A stretch of 32,000 nt of DNA from Geobacter metallireducens GS-15 (GTDB lineage Bacteria; Desulfobacterota; Desulfuromonadia; Geobacterales; Geobacteraceae). The first letter of the stretch is position 1, and each line of letters opens with the position of its first letter. The translations under genes and the position numbers were made by a program. The stretch spans positions 120,001 through 152,000 of the forward strand of contig NC_007517.1 of the NCBI RefSeq assembly GCF_000012925.1, in the 5' to 3' direction. The notes under the pieces are model-generated. The model was given only the letters and a program-made list of their open reading frames with translations, did not search any database and was not told the origin of the DNA. This document shows, piece by piece, positions 24,317-32,000 of the stretch.

Positions 24317-26599
24317 CTATTCTCCTTTTCGTGCTCCGTATCCTGCGATTATCGCCTGCCCCAGGGCCAGCCCCCCGTCGTTGGGAGGAACGAGCCGGTG
24401 GGTGTAGACATGGAATCCCTGATCGGCCAGGGACTGGAAAACCCCTTCCGTCAGGAGCTTGTTCTGGAAAACGCCCCCGGAGAGGACGACACGGTCCAGG
24501 CCGTCCACAGCGCGAATCTGGGCACAGAGGTCCGTCACTGCCGCGGCAAGGGTATTGTGGAAAGCCCGGGCCATCTCCCCCCCCGGCCGGCCGGCGGCCG
24601 CATCCTCCGCGAGCGCCCGGACCATCAGCCGGAAATCGACCTCGGCGCTGACGTCGTTGCGAACAATGGCATAGGGATAAATGGATGCCGTAGCGCTCCC
24701 TTCGGCCAGAGCCTCCAGTTCCATGGCCGCCTGCCCCTCGTAGGAGACCCTTCCCCGCACCCCCGTGAGGGCCGCCACGGCATCGAAGAGCCGACCGCAG
24801 CTGGAGGTGGGGGGGGAGTTGATCCGGCGCTCCAGCATCTGGAGAAAAAGAGGCCGCTCGGCTTCGCCGATCTCCCGAAGCCACGGCAGGGAAAGGCCGA
24901 AAAAGTCGGCACCGAAGGCATCGTAAAGGTAGGACAGGGCCATGCGAAACGGCTCCCGCACCGCCGCGTCGCCGCCGAGAAGGGGAACCTGCCGGAGGTG
25001 GCCGGCCCGCCGGAAGCCCCCGTATCCCCCCACGAGAAACTCCCCTCCCCAGACCGTGCCGTCCCGGCCGTAGCCGGTGCCGTCGAAGATGACGCCGATC
25101 ACCTCCCCGTCGAGGCCGTTCTCGGCCATGCAGGATGCCAGGTGGGCGTGGTGGTGCTGCACCGCCACCCGCGGAAGCACCGGGATCCCCTCGGCAAAGG
25201 CCGTGGAGAGGTAGTCGGGGTGGAGGTCGTGGGCAACAAGCTCCGGGGTTAGCCCCAGGAGCCCCTGGAGGTGCGCGGTGGTCTCCGCCAGAGAATCGAG
25301 GGTGGCGGCATTCTTCAGGTCGCCGATGTGCTGGCTCATGACGGCCCGGTCTCCCCGGGCGAGGCAGATGGTCCCCTTGAGCTCGGCCCCCACGGCAAGG
25401 ACAGCCGGAATCTCCACGGGCATCCGCACCTCCCGCGGCACATATCCCCGGGAGCGGCGCAGGAAGAGGGGATTACCCCGGAACACCCGGATCACCGAGT
25501 CGTCGGTTCGGGTATGGATCTCCCGGTCGTGGACAAGGAACGCGTCGGCGATGTACGCAAGCCGCTCCCGGGCCTCGGCGTCCCGGTAGGCAATGGGCTC
25601 ATCGGAGAGGTTGCCGCTCGTCATGACCAGGGCCGTAAACCGGTCCCGCAGGAGGAGATGGTGGAGCGGCGCGTAGGGGAGCATGGTGCCGAAATAGCCG
25701 TTGGCCGGGGCCGCCAGGGGGGAGACGGGATTGTCGGGGCGTTTGCGCAGGAGCACGATGGGGTGCTCGGGGGCGGCCAGGAGCCGCTCCTCCACGGCGT
25801 CGGGAAGGGCAAAGGTCCGCACCGCCGCCAGGTCAGGGGCCATGAGCGCAAAGGGCTTCTCGTCCCGGGCCTTGCGGCGGCGCAGCTCCCGCACCGCCCC
25901 GTCGTTCAGGGCGTCCACGGCCAGGTGATAGCCGCCGATCCCTTTCACGGCAACGATCTTTCCCTGGGAGAGGAGCCCTGCTGCCTCCTCCACGGGATCC
26001 CCTGGCAGGTCCCGGTCGTCGGCATCCACGAGCCTGAGCCGGGGACCGCACTCCGGACAGGCCACCGGCTGGGCATGGAAACGGCGGTTCCGGGGGTCCT
26101 CGTACTCGGTCCGGCAGGCATCGCAGAGGGGGAAGGGGGCCATGGTGGTGTTGGGGCGATCGTAGGGGACAGCGGTGATGAGGGAGTAGCGGGGGCCGCA
26201 GTTGGTGCAGGTGATGAAGGGATAGCGATGGCGGCGGTCGGCCGGATCGAAGAGCTCATGGAGGCAGTCAGGGCAGACGTCGCCGTCCGGGGCCACCCGC
26301 ACCGGCCCGGCGCTCCCCTCGCTGTAACGGATGGCGAAGGCGGTCCCCCCTTGCGGCGGGATCTCTTCGGTTGCAAGCGAAACGATGACAGCCAGAGGGG
26401 GGGCTTTCCCCGTGAGGTCAGCCACGAAGGAGGCGAGGCGCCGGGCATCCCCTTCCGCCTCAACGACAACTCCCGCCGTGGTGTTCTGCACCCATCCGGC
26501 AATGCCGTGGTGCTCCGCGAGGCGGAAGACGAAGGGGCGGAAGCCGACCCCCTGGACAATCCCCTCAATGGTTATCCTGGTGCGCCTGGCATCGGTCAT
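24317..26599 (-). CDS. hypF: Carbamoyltransferase HypF (760 aa)
   Basis: N-terminal acylphosphatase-like domain (IEGIVQGVGFRPFV). Two zinc-finger pairs follow (CPDC...CTNCGPR and CDAC...CPECGPR), then YrdC-like and Kae1-like domains. Confidence 0.97.
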   Translation of the reverse strand: MTDARRTRITIEGIVQGVGFRPFVFRLAEHHGIAGWVQNTTAGVVVEAEGDARRLASFVADLTGKAPPLAVIVSLATEEIPPQGGTAFAIRYSEGSAGPVRVAPDGDVCPDCLHELFDPADRRHRYPFITCTNCGPRYSLITAVPYDRPNTTMAPFPLCDACRTEYEDPRNRRFHAQPVACPECGPRLRLVDADDRDLPGDPVEEAAGLLSQGKIVAVKGIGGYHLAVDALNDGAVRELRRRKARDEKPFALMAPDLAAVRTFALPDAVEERLLAAPEHPIVLLRKRPDNPVSPLAAPANGYFGTMLPYAPLHHLLLRDRFTALVMTSGNLSDEPIAYRDAEARERLAYIADAFLVHDREIHTRTDDSVIRVFRGNPLFLRRSRGYVPREVRMPVEIPAVLAVGAELKGTICLARGDRAVMSQHIGDLKNAATLDSLAETTAHLQGLLGLTPELVAHDLHPDYLSTAFAEGIPVLPRVAVQHHHAHLASCMAENGLDGEVIGVIFDGTGYGRDGTVWGGEFLVGGYGGFRRAGHLRQVPLLGGDAAVREPFRMALSYLYDAFGADFFGLSLPWLREIGEAERPLFLQMLERRINSPPTSSCGRLFDAVAALTGVRGRVSYEGQAAMELEALAEGSATASIYPYAIVRNDVSAEVDFRLMVRALAEDAAAGRPGGEMARAFHNTLAAAVTDLCAQIRAVDGLDRVVLSGGVFQNKLLTEGVFQSLADQGFHVYTHRLVPPNDGGLALGQAIIAGYGARKGE

Positions 26600-26615
26600 G
26601 GGACGAAACGCGGCG

Positions 26616-27350
26616 TTATCCCTTCACGGCGGCGATGCGGCCGGCAAGCCAGCCGTACCAGGCATCCATCCCCTCTCCGGTGCGGCTGGAGATCTCGAAG
26701 ATGGCGATGTCGGGGCTCACGCGGCGGGCCATTTCCTTGCACTTCTCCACGTCGAAGTCCACGTAGGGGAGGAGATCCACCTTGTTGAGGAGCATCACGT
26801 CGGCGGCGTGGAACATATTCGGGTACTTAAGGGGCTTGTCCTCCCCCTCGGTCACCGACAGGACCACCACCTTGTGATGCTCCCCCAGGTCGAAGGAGGC
26901 GGGGCAGACCAGGTTCCCCACGTTCTCCACCAGGAGGAGATCGAGGGCGTCCAGGTCGAATTCCTCAACGGCGTGGCCCACCATGTGGGCGTCCAGGTGG
27001 CACCCGGCGCCGGTGTTGATCTGCTTCACCGGCACGCCGGTGGCGGCGATGCGGACGGCGTCATTGTCGGTCTGCTGGTCCCCCTCGATGACGGCGCAGC
27101 GGTACCGGCCGGCCAAGTCCTTTAACGTCCGCTCCAGGGTGGTGGTCTTCCCCGAACCGGGTGAACTCACGAAATTGAGGGCGAAGATCCCCTTGGCGGC
27201 GAAGAGTGCCCGGTTCTCGGCGGCAAAGCGGTTGTTGCGGGCGAGGATGTCCAGTTCAACGGCGATCTTGCGGGCTTCTTTCCCTTCGCCATGATGATGG
27301 TGGTGATGGTGATGATGGGTATCGGTTTCGCAACCGCAGGTGGTGCACAT
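26616..27350 (-). CDS. hypB: Nickel-binding GTPase HypB with N-terminal His9 tract (244 aa)
   Basis: It starts MCTTCGCETDTHHHHHHHHHGEG (CxxCGC high-affinity Ni site plus a 9-His run). The P-loop is SSPGSGKTT and the ENVGNLVCP motif is present. GGAGGAG lies upstream of the ATG at 27350. Confidence 0.95.
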   Translation of the reverse strand: MCTTCGCETDTHHHHHHHHHGEGKEARKIAVELDILARNNRFAAENRALFAAKGIFALNFVSSPGSGKTTTLERTLKDLAGRYRCAVIEGDQQTDNDAVRIAATGVPVKQINTGAGCHLDAHMVGHAVEEFDLDALDLLLVENVGNLVCPASFDLGEHHKVVVLSVTEGEDKPLKYPNMFHAADVMLLNKVDLLPYVDFDVEKCKEMARRVSPDIAIFEISSRTGEGMDAWYGWLAGRIAAVKG

Positions 27351-27558
27351 GATCGAGACTCCTCCTGTCCATGGCTGCTTCGCAAGATAAAACATCATTT
27401 CTCTCAGCTAGTTACCGACGAGCCTATAGTATTCGACCCAAAAGGTCAAGCATCGGCTCCGGCACTGTTTTGACGCGCTGCCGGCTTGTTTTAGTCACGC
27501 TTTGTGCTATCATTATCACCACTCATTTGCGGTATTTCCCATCACGGAGTACGATCAC

Positions 27559-27894
27559 ATGCGCACAGCTCCCCCTCTCCTCGTTGCCCTGACAGCCATT
27601 CTGACCACCGGATGCGCCATGCTCACGTCCTGGAAGAGCATTCCCCCTCCCGGCGGCTGTGACCAGTGCCACACGATCCCCATCAGCGCCAACTGGCAGG
27701 TGGCCTACCAGCCGGCGATCCTTTCCGACGAGCGCGACCGCCCCTACTTCCAGACCGAAGGGTATACCATGCCCCAGCCCGCCAAGCCGGCCTCCCCCCT
27801 GGACATCCGGAAGGTGGACGAACTCCCCTGCTTCGAATGCCACAAATCCCCCACCCCGGCCCACAAGGGGCGGGTCGGGAAATTCCATCACTGA
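27559..27894 (+). CDS. Small diheme c-type cytochrome, probable lipoprotein (111 aa)
   Basis: MRTAPPLLVALTAILTTGCAML is a signal peptide with a lipobox-like TTGC. Two CxxCH motifs are present (CDQCH, CFECH). The stop is 16 nt before the pyk start. Confidence 0.7.
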   Translation: MRTAPPLLVALTAILTTGCAMLTSWKSIPPPGGCDQCHTIPISANWQVAYQPAILSDERDRPYFQTEGYTMPQPAKPASPLDIRKVDELPCFECHKSPTPAHKGRVGKFHH

Positions 27895-27910
27895 GGGAAC
27901 CATCGTTTCC

Positions 27911-29353
27911 ATGGATAAATCGTCGCGCAAAACCAAGATCGTAGCCACCCTCGGACCGGCCAGCTCCTCGCCGGAGATGATCAGCAAGCTCATGGAGGCA
28001 GGGGCAGACCTTTTCCGCCTCAACTTCTCCCACGGGGCCAACGACCAGCGCCGGGAGACCATTGCCACCATCCGGCGTCTTTCTGCCGCCCGGGGAAAGG
28101 AGATCGGCATCCTGGCCGACCTCCAGGGGCCAAAGATCAGGACCGGCCGCATGGAGAACGGCGCCATCTCCCTGCGCAAGGGAGACCCCCTCGACATCGT
28201 CACCGATGAGGTCCTCGGCACCCCGACCCTCATCTCCACCATCTACAAGGCCCTCCCCCATGACGTGAAGCCCGGCTCCCGCATTCTCATGGACGACGGC
28301 CTCATCGAGCTGAAGGTCCATTCGGTGGAGGGAAACCTGGTCCGCTGCACCGTGGTGGAGGGGGGAACCCTCAAGGACCTGAAGGGGATCAACCTCCCCG
28401 GAGTCCATGTCTCGGCCCCCTCCCTCTCGGAGAAGGATCTGCGGGACCTGGAGTTCTGCCTGGCCGAGGGGGTGGACTACATCGCCCTCTCCTTTGTCCG
28501 GAGCGCCGAGGACGTGGAGGGGCTCAAGCGGATCCTCTTCGAGCGCGGCATCCACATCCCCGTGGTGGCCAAGATCGAGAAGCCCGAGGCCCTGCGCAAT
28601 TTCAAGAGCATCCTCAAAGCGGCCGACGGTGTCATGGTGGCCCGGGGCGACCTGGGTGTTGAGATCAGCGCCGAGAAGGTCCCCCTCTTCCAGAAAAAAA
28701 TCATCCGAGCCTGCAACGAGGCGGGGAAGCCGGTTATCACCGCCACCCAGATGCTGGAATCGATGATCAGCCACCCGCGCCCCACCCGGGCCGAGACCTC
28801 CGACGTGGCTAACGCCATCCTTGACGGGACCGACGCGGTCATGCTCTCGGGAGAGACCGCCTCGGGGCAGTTCCCCCTGGAAGCGGTGCGGACCATGGCC
28901 AAGGTGGCCCTGGATGTGGAGCGCTACGCTCAGATGGAGGACACCCTCCCCCAGCGGCGCCACAACCCGAGCATCGCCGAGGCGGTGGCCGAGGCCGCCT
29001 GCCGCGCCGCCGTCACCGTGGACGCCCGGGCCATCTCGGTCATGACCCAGTCGGGGAGCACCGCCGCCCTCATCTCCAAGTTCCGGCCGCCGCTCCCCAT
29101 CATCGCCTTTACCCAGTCCCTGGAGACCCGGCGGCGCCTCTCCCTCTACTGGGGGGTGAAGCCGCTCCCCATTGGCCCCATGACCGGCACCGACGAGCAG
29201 ATCGCGGCCGTGGAATCGACGTTCCTCTCGGCGGGGTACCGCAAGGGAGACGTGATCGTCATAACCATGGGGGTGCCGGTGGAGGCCCGAGGTTCCACGA
29301 ACCTTATGAAGGTCCACAAGCTGGGGACGGGGAAGTTTTTCGAGATTTTCTGA
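27911..29353 (+). CDS. pyk: Pyruvate kinase (480 aa)
   Basis: MDKSSRKTKIVATLGPASSSPEMISKLMEAGADLFRLNFSHG, plus VMVARGDLGVEI and MLSGETA motifs. This is the C-terminal 480 aa of ORF 27659..29353. Confidence 0.95.
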   Translation: MDKSSRKTKIVATLGPASSSPEMISKLMEAGADLFRLNFSHGANDQRRETIATIRRLSAARGKEIGILADLQGPKIRTGRMENGAISLRKGDPLDIVTDEVLGTPTLISTIYKALPHDVKPGSRILMDDGLIELKVHSVEGNLVRCTVVEGGTLKDLKGINLPGVHVSAPSLSEKDLRDLEFCLAEGVDYIALSFVRSAEDVEGLKRILFERGIHIPVVAKIEKPEALRNFKSILKAADGVMVARGDLGVEISAEKVPLFQKKIIRACNEAGKPVITATQMLESMISHPRPTRAETSDVANAILDGTDAVMLSGETASGQFPLEAVRTMAKVALDVERYAQMEDTLPQRRHNPSIAEAVAEAACRAAVTVDARAISVMTQSGSTAALISKFRPPLPIIAFTQSLETRRRLSLYWGVKPLPIGPMTGTDEQIAAVESTFLSAGYRKGDVIVITMGVPVEARGSTNLMKVHKLGTGKFFEIF

Positions 29354-29368
29354 CGGAGGTTTGATTCA

Positions 29369-30493
29369 ATGCGCAAGGTGTTCGACGAGACAAAGATCCA
29401 CCACCTGACACTCCGCAACCGGCTGGTCCGCTCCGCCACCTGGGAGGGGATGTGCCGGGCCGGAGGGCATCCCACGGAGAAGCTGGCCGCCTACTACGGG
29501 ACCCTGGCCCGGGGCGGGGTGGGGCTCATCATCTCCGGCTACGCCTTCGTCCGTCCCGACGGAAAGCAGCTTCCCGGACAGCTGGGAATCCACGAGGACT
29601 CCTTTGCCCCCGAGGCACGGCTCCTGACCGAGGCGGTCCACCGGGAGGGGGGTAAAATCTGTCTCCAGCTGGTCCACTGCGGCGGCCAGACCACGGCCAG
29701 GGCGGCCGGCGCTCAGCCAGTGGCCCCTACCGCCGTGCAAATCGATCAATACCCGGAACTTCCCCGTGAACTCCCCGAGGCCGAGATCGCGGATCTGGTG
29801 GCAGCCTTCGCCGCCGGCGCCGTCCGGGCCCGGGAGTGGGGCTTCGACGCGGTCCAGCTCCATGCCGCCCACGGCTACCTCATCAACCAGTTCCTCTCCC
29901 CCCTCACCAACCGCCGCACCGACCGCTACGGCGGCTCCCTGGAGAACCGGTGCCGCTTTCTCCTGGAGATTTCCCATGCTGTACGTGCCGCCGTGGGGAA
30001 GGATTTCCCGGTCATGGTGAAACTCAACGGCTCCGACAACCTGAACGGGGGACTCGACCTGGAGGAGGCGGTTCTGGTGGCCCGGATGCTGGATGAGGAG
30101 GGGATCGACGCCATCGAGGTCTCCGGCGGCACACCGGCCTCGGGCGGACAGACCCCGGTCCGCCAGGGGATCGAGACCCGGGAGCAGGAGGCCTACAACC
30201 TCCCCCTCGCCTACCGGATCAAGCAGGTGGTCTCCTGCCCCGTCATGGTGGTGGGGGGGTTCCGCACCTTCGAGCTGGTGGAAGGGGTCATCCGACGGGA
30301 AGAGGCCGACTTTGTCTCCCTTTCCCGCCCCCTCATCCGGGAGCCCAACCTCCCTCGCCGCTGGGAGGAGGGGGACGAGAGCCGGGCCCGCTGCATCTCC
30401 TGCAACGGCTGCTTCAAGCCGGGGATGAAGGAAGGGGGAATCTACTGCGTGGTGGACAAGGTGGAGCGGGAGAGCCGGGCGTTTTCCCTCTGA
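29369..30493 (+). CDS. NADH:flavin oxidoreductase, Old Yellow Enzyme family, with C-terminal Cys cluster (374 aa)
   Basis: HAAHGYLINQFLSPLTNRRTDRYGGSLENRCRFLLE is the OYE active-site region. The C-terminal CISCNGC-x11-C resembles the 4Fe-4S motif of 2,4-dienoyl-CoA reductase-type enzymes. GGAGG lies upstream of the ATG at 29369. Confidence 0.9.
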   Translation: MRKVFDETKIHHLTLRNRLVRSATWEGMCRAGGHPTEKLAAYYGTLARGGVGLIISGYAFVRPDGKQLPGQLGIHEDSFAPEARLLTEAVHREGGKICLQLVHCGGQTTARAAGAQPVAPTAVQIDQYPELPRELPEAEIADLVAAFAAGAVRAREWGFDAVQLHAAHGYLINQFLSPLTNRRTDRYGGSLENRCRFLLEISHAVRAAVGKDFPVMVKLNGSDNLNGGLDLEEAVLVARMLDEEGIDAIEVSGGTPASGGQTPVRQGIETREQEAYNLPLAYRIKQVVSCPVMVVGGFRTFELVEGVIRREEADFVSLSRPLIREPNLPRRWEEGDESRARCISCNGCFKPGMKEGGIYCVVDKVERESRAFSL

Positions 30494-30522
30494 GGCGATA
30501 CATTAGCGACACATTCCGTCAC

Positions 30523-30560
30523 AGGCCCGGGGTAGGATTGCCCGGGCCTTGATTATTCTG
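30523..30560 (+). terminator. Hairpin terminator candidate after the OYE-family gene
   Basis: A perfect 9-bp GC-rich stem aggcccggg/cccgggcct with loop gtaggattg, followed by a T-rich tgattattctg. It lies 30 nt after the stop at 30493. Confidence 0.55.
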
Positions 30561-30579
30561 ACGGGAAACAGTGAGCACC

Positions 30580-31875
30580 ATGCCCGAACTCAGCCTTGCC
30601 GAAAAACTCGAAATCCTCGCCGACGGCGCCAAGTACGATGTCTCCTGCGCCTCCAGCGGCAGCTCGCGCCGTAACAAAGGGGGGATCGGCAACGCCGCCC
30701 AGTGCGGCATCTGCCACAGCTGGACCGCCGACGGCCGCTGCGTGTCGCTCCTCAAAATCCTCCTGACCAACGCCTGCATTTACGACTGCGCCTACTGCGT
30801 GAACCGCCGCTCCAACGATACCCGCCGGGTGCTCCTCACCCCCGCCGAGGTGGCGGAACTCACCATCGGCTTCTACCGCCGCAACGCCATCGAGGGGCTC
30901 TTCCTCTCCACCGGCGTGGTGAAGGATCCGGACCACACCATGGAGCTCCTCATCGAGGCGACCAGCATCCTGCGGGAGGAGCACCGCTTCAACGGCTACA
31001 TCCACGTGAAGGTGGTCCCCGGCGCCGACCTTCTCCTGGTTGACCGGCTGGGGCGCCTGGCGGACCGGGTGAGCGTCAACATGGAGCTGCCGAGCAGGGA
31101 GAGCCTGCAACTCCTGGCCCCGGACAAAAGCCGCGAGGCCATCGTCGCACCCATGAAACGGGTGGGGGAGCTCATCGTCCAGACAAAGGAGGAGCGGAAG
31201 GTATCCCGGAAGATCCCTCCCTTTGCCCCGGCGGGGCAGAGCACCCAGCTCATCATCGGCGCCAGCGGGGAGAGCGACCTGCAGATCGTGTCGCTGGCCG
31301 CCGGGCTCTACGGGCGCCTCTCCATGAAGCGGGTCTACTACTCGGCCTTCATTCCGGTGAACACCGACACTCGCCTCCCCTCCGTGGTCGGCACGCCGCC
31401 CCTGGTGCGGGAGCACCGCCTCTACCAGGCCGACTGGCTCATGCGCTACTACGGGTTCGCCGCCGGGGAGCTTCTGGACGAGGAGCACCCCAACCTGGAC
31501 CTCTCCCTGGACCCCAAGGCGGGGTGGGCCCTGCGGAACCTCCACCTCTTCCCCGTGGAGGTGAACCGAGCCCCCCTGGAACTTCTCCTGCGGGTGCCGG
31601 GGATCGGCGTCCGGTCGGCCCAGCGGATCGTCGGGGCACGGCGGGGGGGACACCTCTCCCTGGATGATCTGGCCCTGCTTGGGGTGGTCATGAAGCGGGC
31701 CCGGTACTTCGTCACGGCCCGGGGACGGTTCGGTGCCGACATGACCCCGGACGCCGCGGGACTCCAGGCGCGGCTCACGGAGCGGACTACCCCCCGGCCT
31801 CGCTGGAGCCAGCCCTCCCTCTTCGACGGCGCCAACGCCATCGACATCCGGTCCACCATCACGGGGGAGCTGTGA
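30580..31875 (+). CDS. Putative DNA modification/repair radical SAM protein (431 aa from ATG 30580; GTG 30571 is an alternative start)
   Basis: CIYDCAYC (CxxxCxxC) radical SAM motif. An extra N-terminal Cys cluster is present (C-x19-C-x2-C-x8-C). A C-terminal helix-hairpin-helix LLRVPGIGVRSAQRIV is present. The overall pattern matches the family usually annotated this way, which is always paired with a DUF4130/UDG-like gene (from memory). Confidence 0.85.
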   Translation: MPELSLAEKLEILADGAKYDVSCASSGSSRRNKGGIGNAAQCGICHSWTADGRCVSLLKILLTNACIYDCAYCVNRRSNDTRRVLLTPAEVAELTIGFYRRNAIEGLFLSTGVVKDPDHTMELLIEATSILREEHRFNGYIHVKVVPGADLLLVDRLGRLADRVSVNMELPSRESLQLLAPDKSREAIVAPMKRVGELIVQTKEERKVSRKIPPFAPAGQSTQLIIGASGESDLQIVSLAAGLYGRLSMKRVYYSAFIPVNTDTRLPSVVGTPPLVREHRLYQADWLMRYYGFAAGELLDEEHPNLDLSLDPKAGWALRNLHLFPVEVNRAPLELLLRVPGIGVRSAQRIVGARRGGHLSLDDLALLGVVMKRARYFVTARGRFGADMTPDAAGLQARLTERTTPRPRWSQPSLFDGANAIDIRSTITGEL

Positions 31876-32000
31876 TCCTCCGCTACGACGGCACCTTTGC
31901 CGGATTTCTCACGGCCGTGGCCCTGGCACGGGAGCGGAGCGCCGAGCCCGAGGCGATCACTGACCGGGAGCCGGAGCAACAGGGGCTCTTCGCCGCCGTC
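31872..32000 (+). CDS. N-terminus of the DUF4130-type partner protein (usually fused to a family-4-like uracil-DNA glycosylase domain); runs off the right edge
   Basis: GTG at 31872 overlaps the upstream stop (GTGA at 31872-31875). My translation is (V)ILRYDGTFAGFLTAVALARERSAEPEAITDREPEQQGLFAAV. The YDGtfeGfLtav-type start is what I recall for DUF4130 proteins. Confidence 0.6.
   Translation, partial: MILRYDGTFAGFLTAVALARERSAEPEAITDREPEQQGLFAAV

Noticed and set aside
27501-27520. Fur box upstream of the diheme cytochrome gene
   Set aside because: Only 9 contiguous nucleotides (atcattatc) match one half of the 19-bp consensus, and the other half does not match. This is too weak to call a site.
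30494-30579. LexA (SOS) box upstream of the DNA-repair-type radical SAM gene
   Set aside because: The best candidate (ggtaggattgcccgggcc) mismatches 4 of the 10 specified positions of GGTT-N2-C-N4-G-N3-ACC. That sequence is better explained as the loop and 3' arm of the terminator hairpin of the preceding gene.

Overview
This is a high-GC (AT-rich only in a few intergenic gaps), densely coding chromosomal segment. By gene content it looks like a Geobacter-type (Desulfuromonadales) genome. All calls come from reading the ORF translations and the DNA by eye; no homology search was run. I support 31 protein-coding genes plus one tRNA-Phe. Left to right:
- Minus-strand operon of four stop/start-overlapping genes: S4 RNA-binding protein, zinc-ribbon/DUF898 membrane protein, M48 peptidase, SMUG1-type uracil-DNA glycosylase (truncated at the left edge).
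- EF-P paralog of the EfpL/YeiP type, then tRNA-Phe.
- A nine-heme c-type cytochrome fused to a b-type membrane domain (CbcL-like), with a ~330 bp AT-rich upstream region.
- B12-binding radical SAM protein plus an unknown 184-aa protein.
- glmU-glmS.
- A Cys-rich internally duplicated 154-aa unknown protein plus a D-2-hydroxyacid dehydrogenase.
- MoxR-type AAA ATPase plus CoxE-like VWA protein.
- Secreted OB-like protein plus Ste24-like M48 protease.
- Membrane J-domain protein plus MshEN-GAF protein (predicted c-di-GMP receptor).
- Small unknown protein, PilZ protein, patatin-like phospholipase.
- hypB-hypF-hypC-hypD-hypE.
- Small diheme lipoprotein cytochrome, then pyruvate kinase and an Old Yellow Enzyme-family flavoprotein.
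- The uncharacterised 'DNA modification/repair' radical SAM gene, with the start of its usual DUF4130/UDG-like partner at the right edge.

I saw no rRNA, CRISPR array, transposase, integrase or obvious mobile element, so the window reads as core genome rather than an island. No single new system stands out. The best candidates for undescribed biology are:
- the coupled S4/DUF898/M48/SMUG operon;
- the J-domain plus MshEN-GAF pair;
- the radical SAM/UDG-like pair;
- the orphan MoxR-VWA pair, which has an atypical MIDAS motif;
- the duplicated C-x30-C-x3-C protein.

The many long ORFs antisense to real genes are treated as high-GC shadow ORFs.
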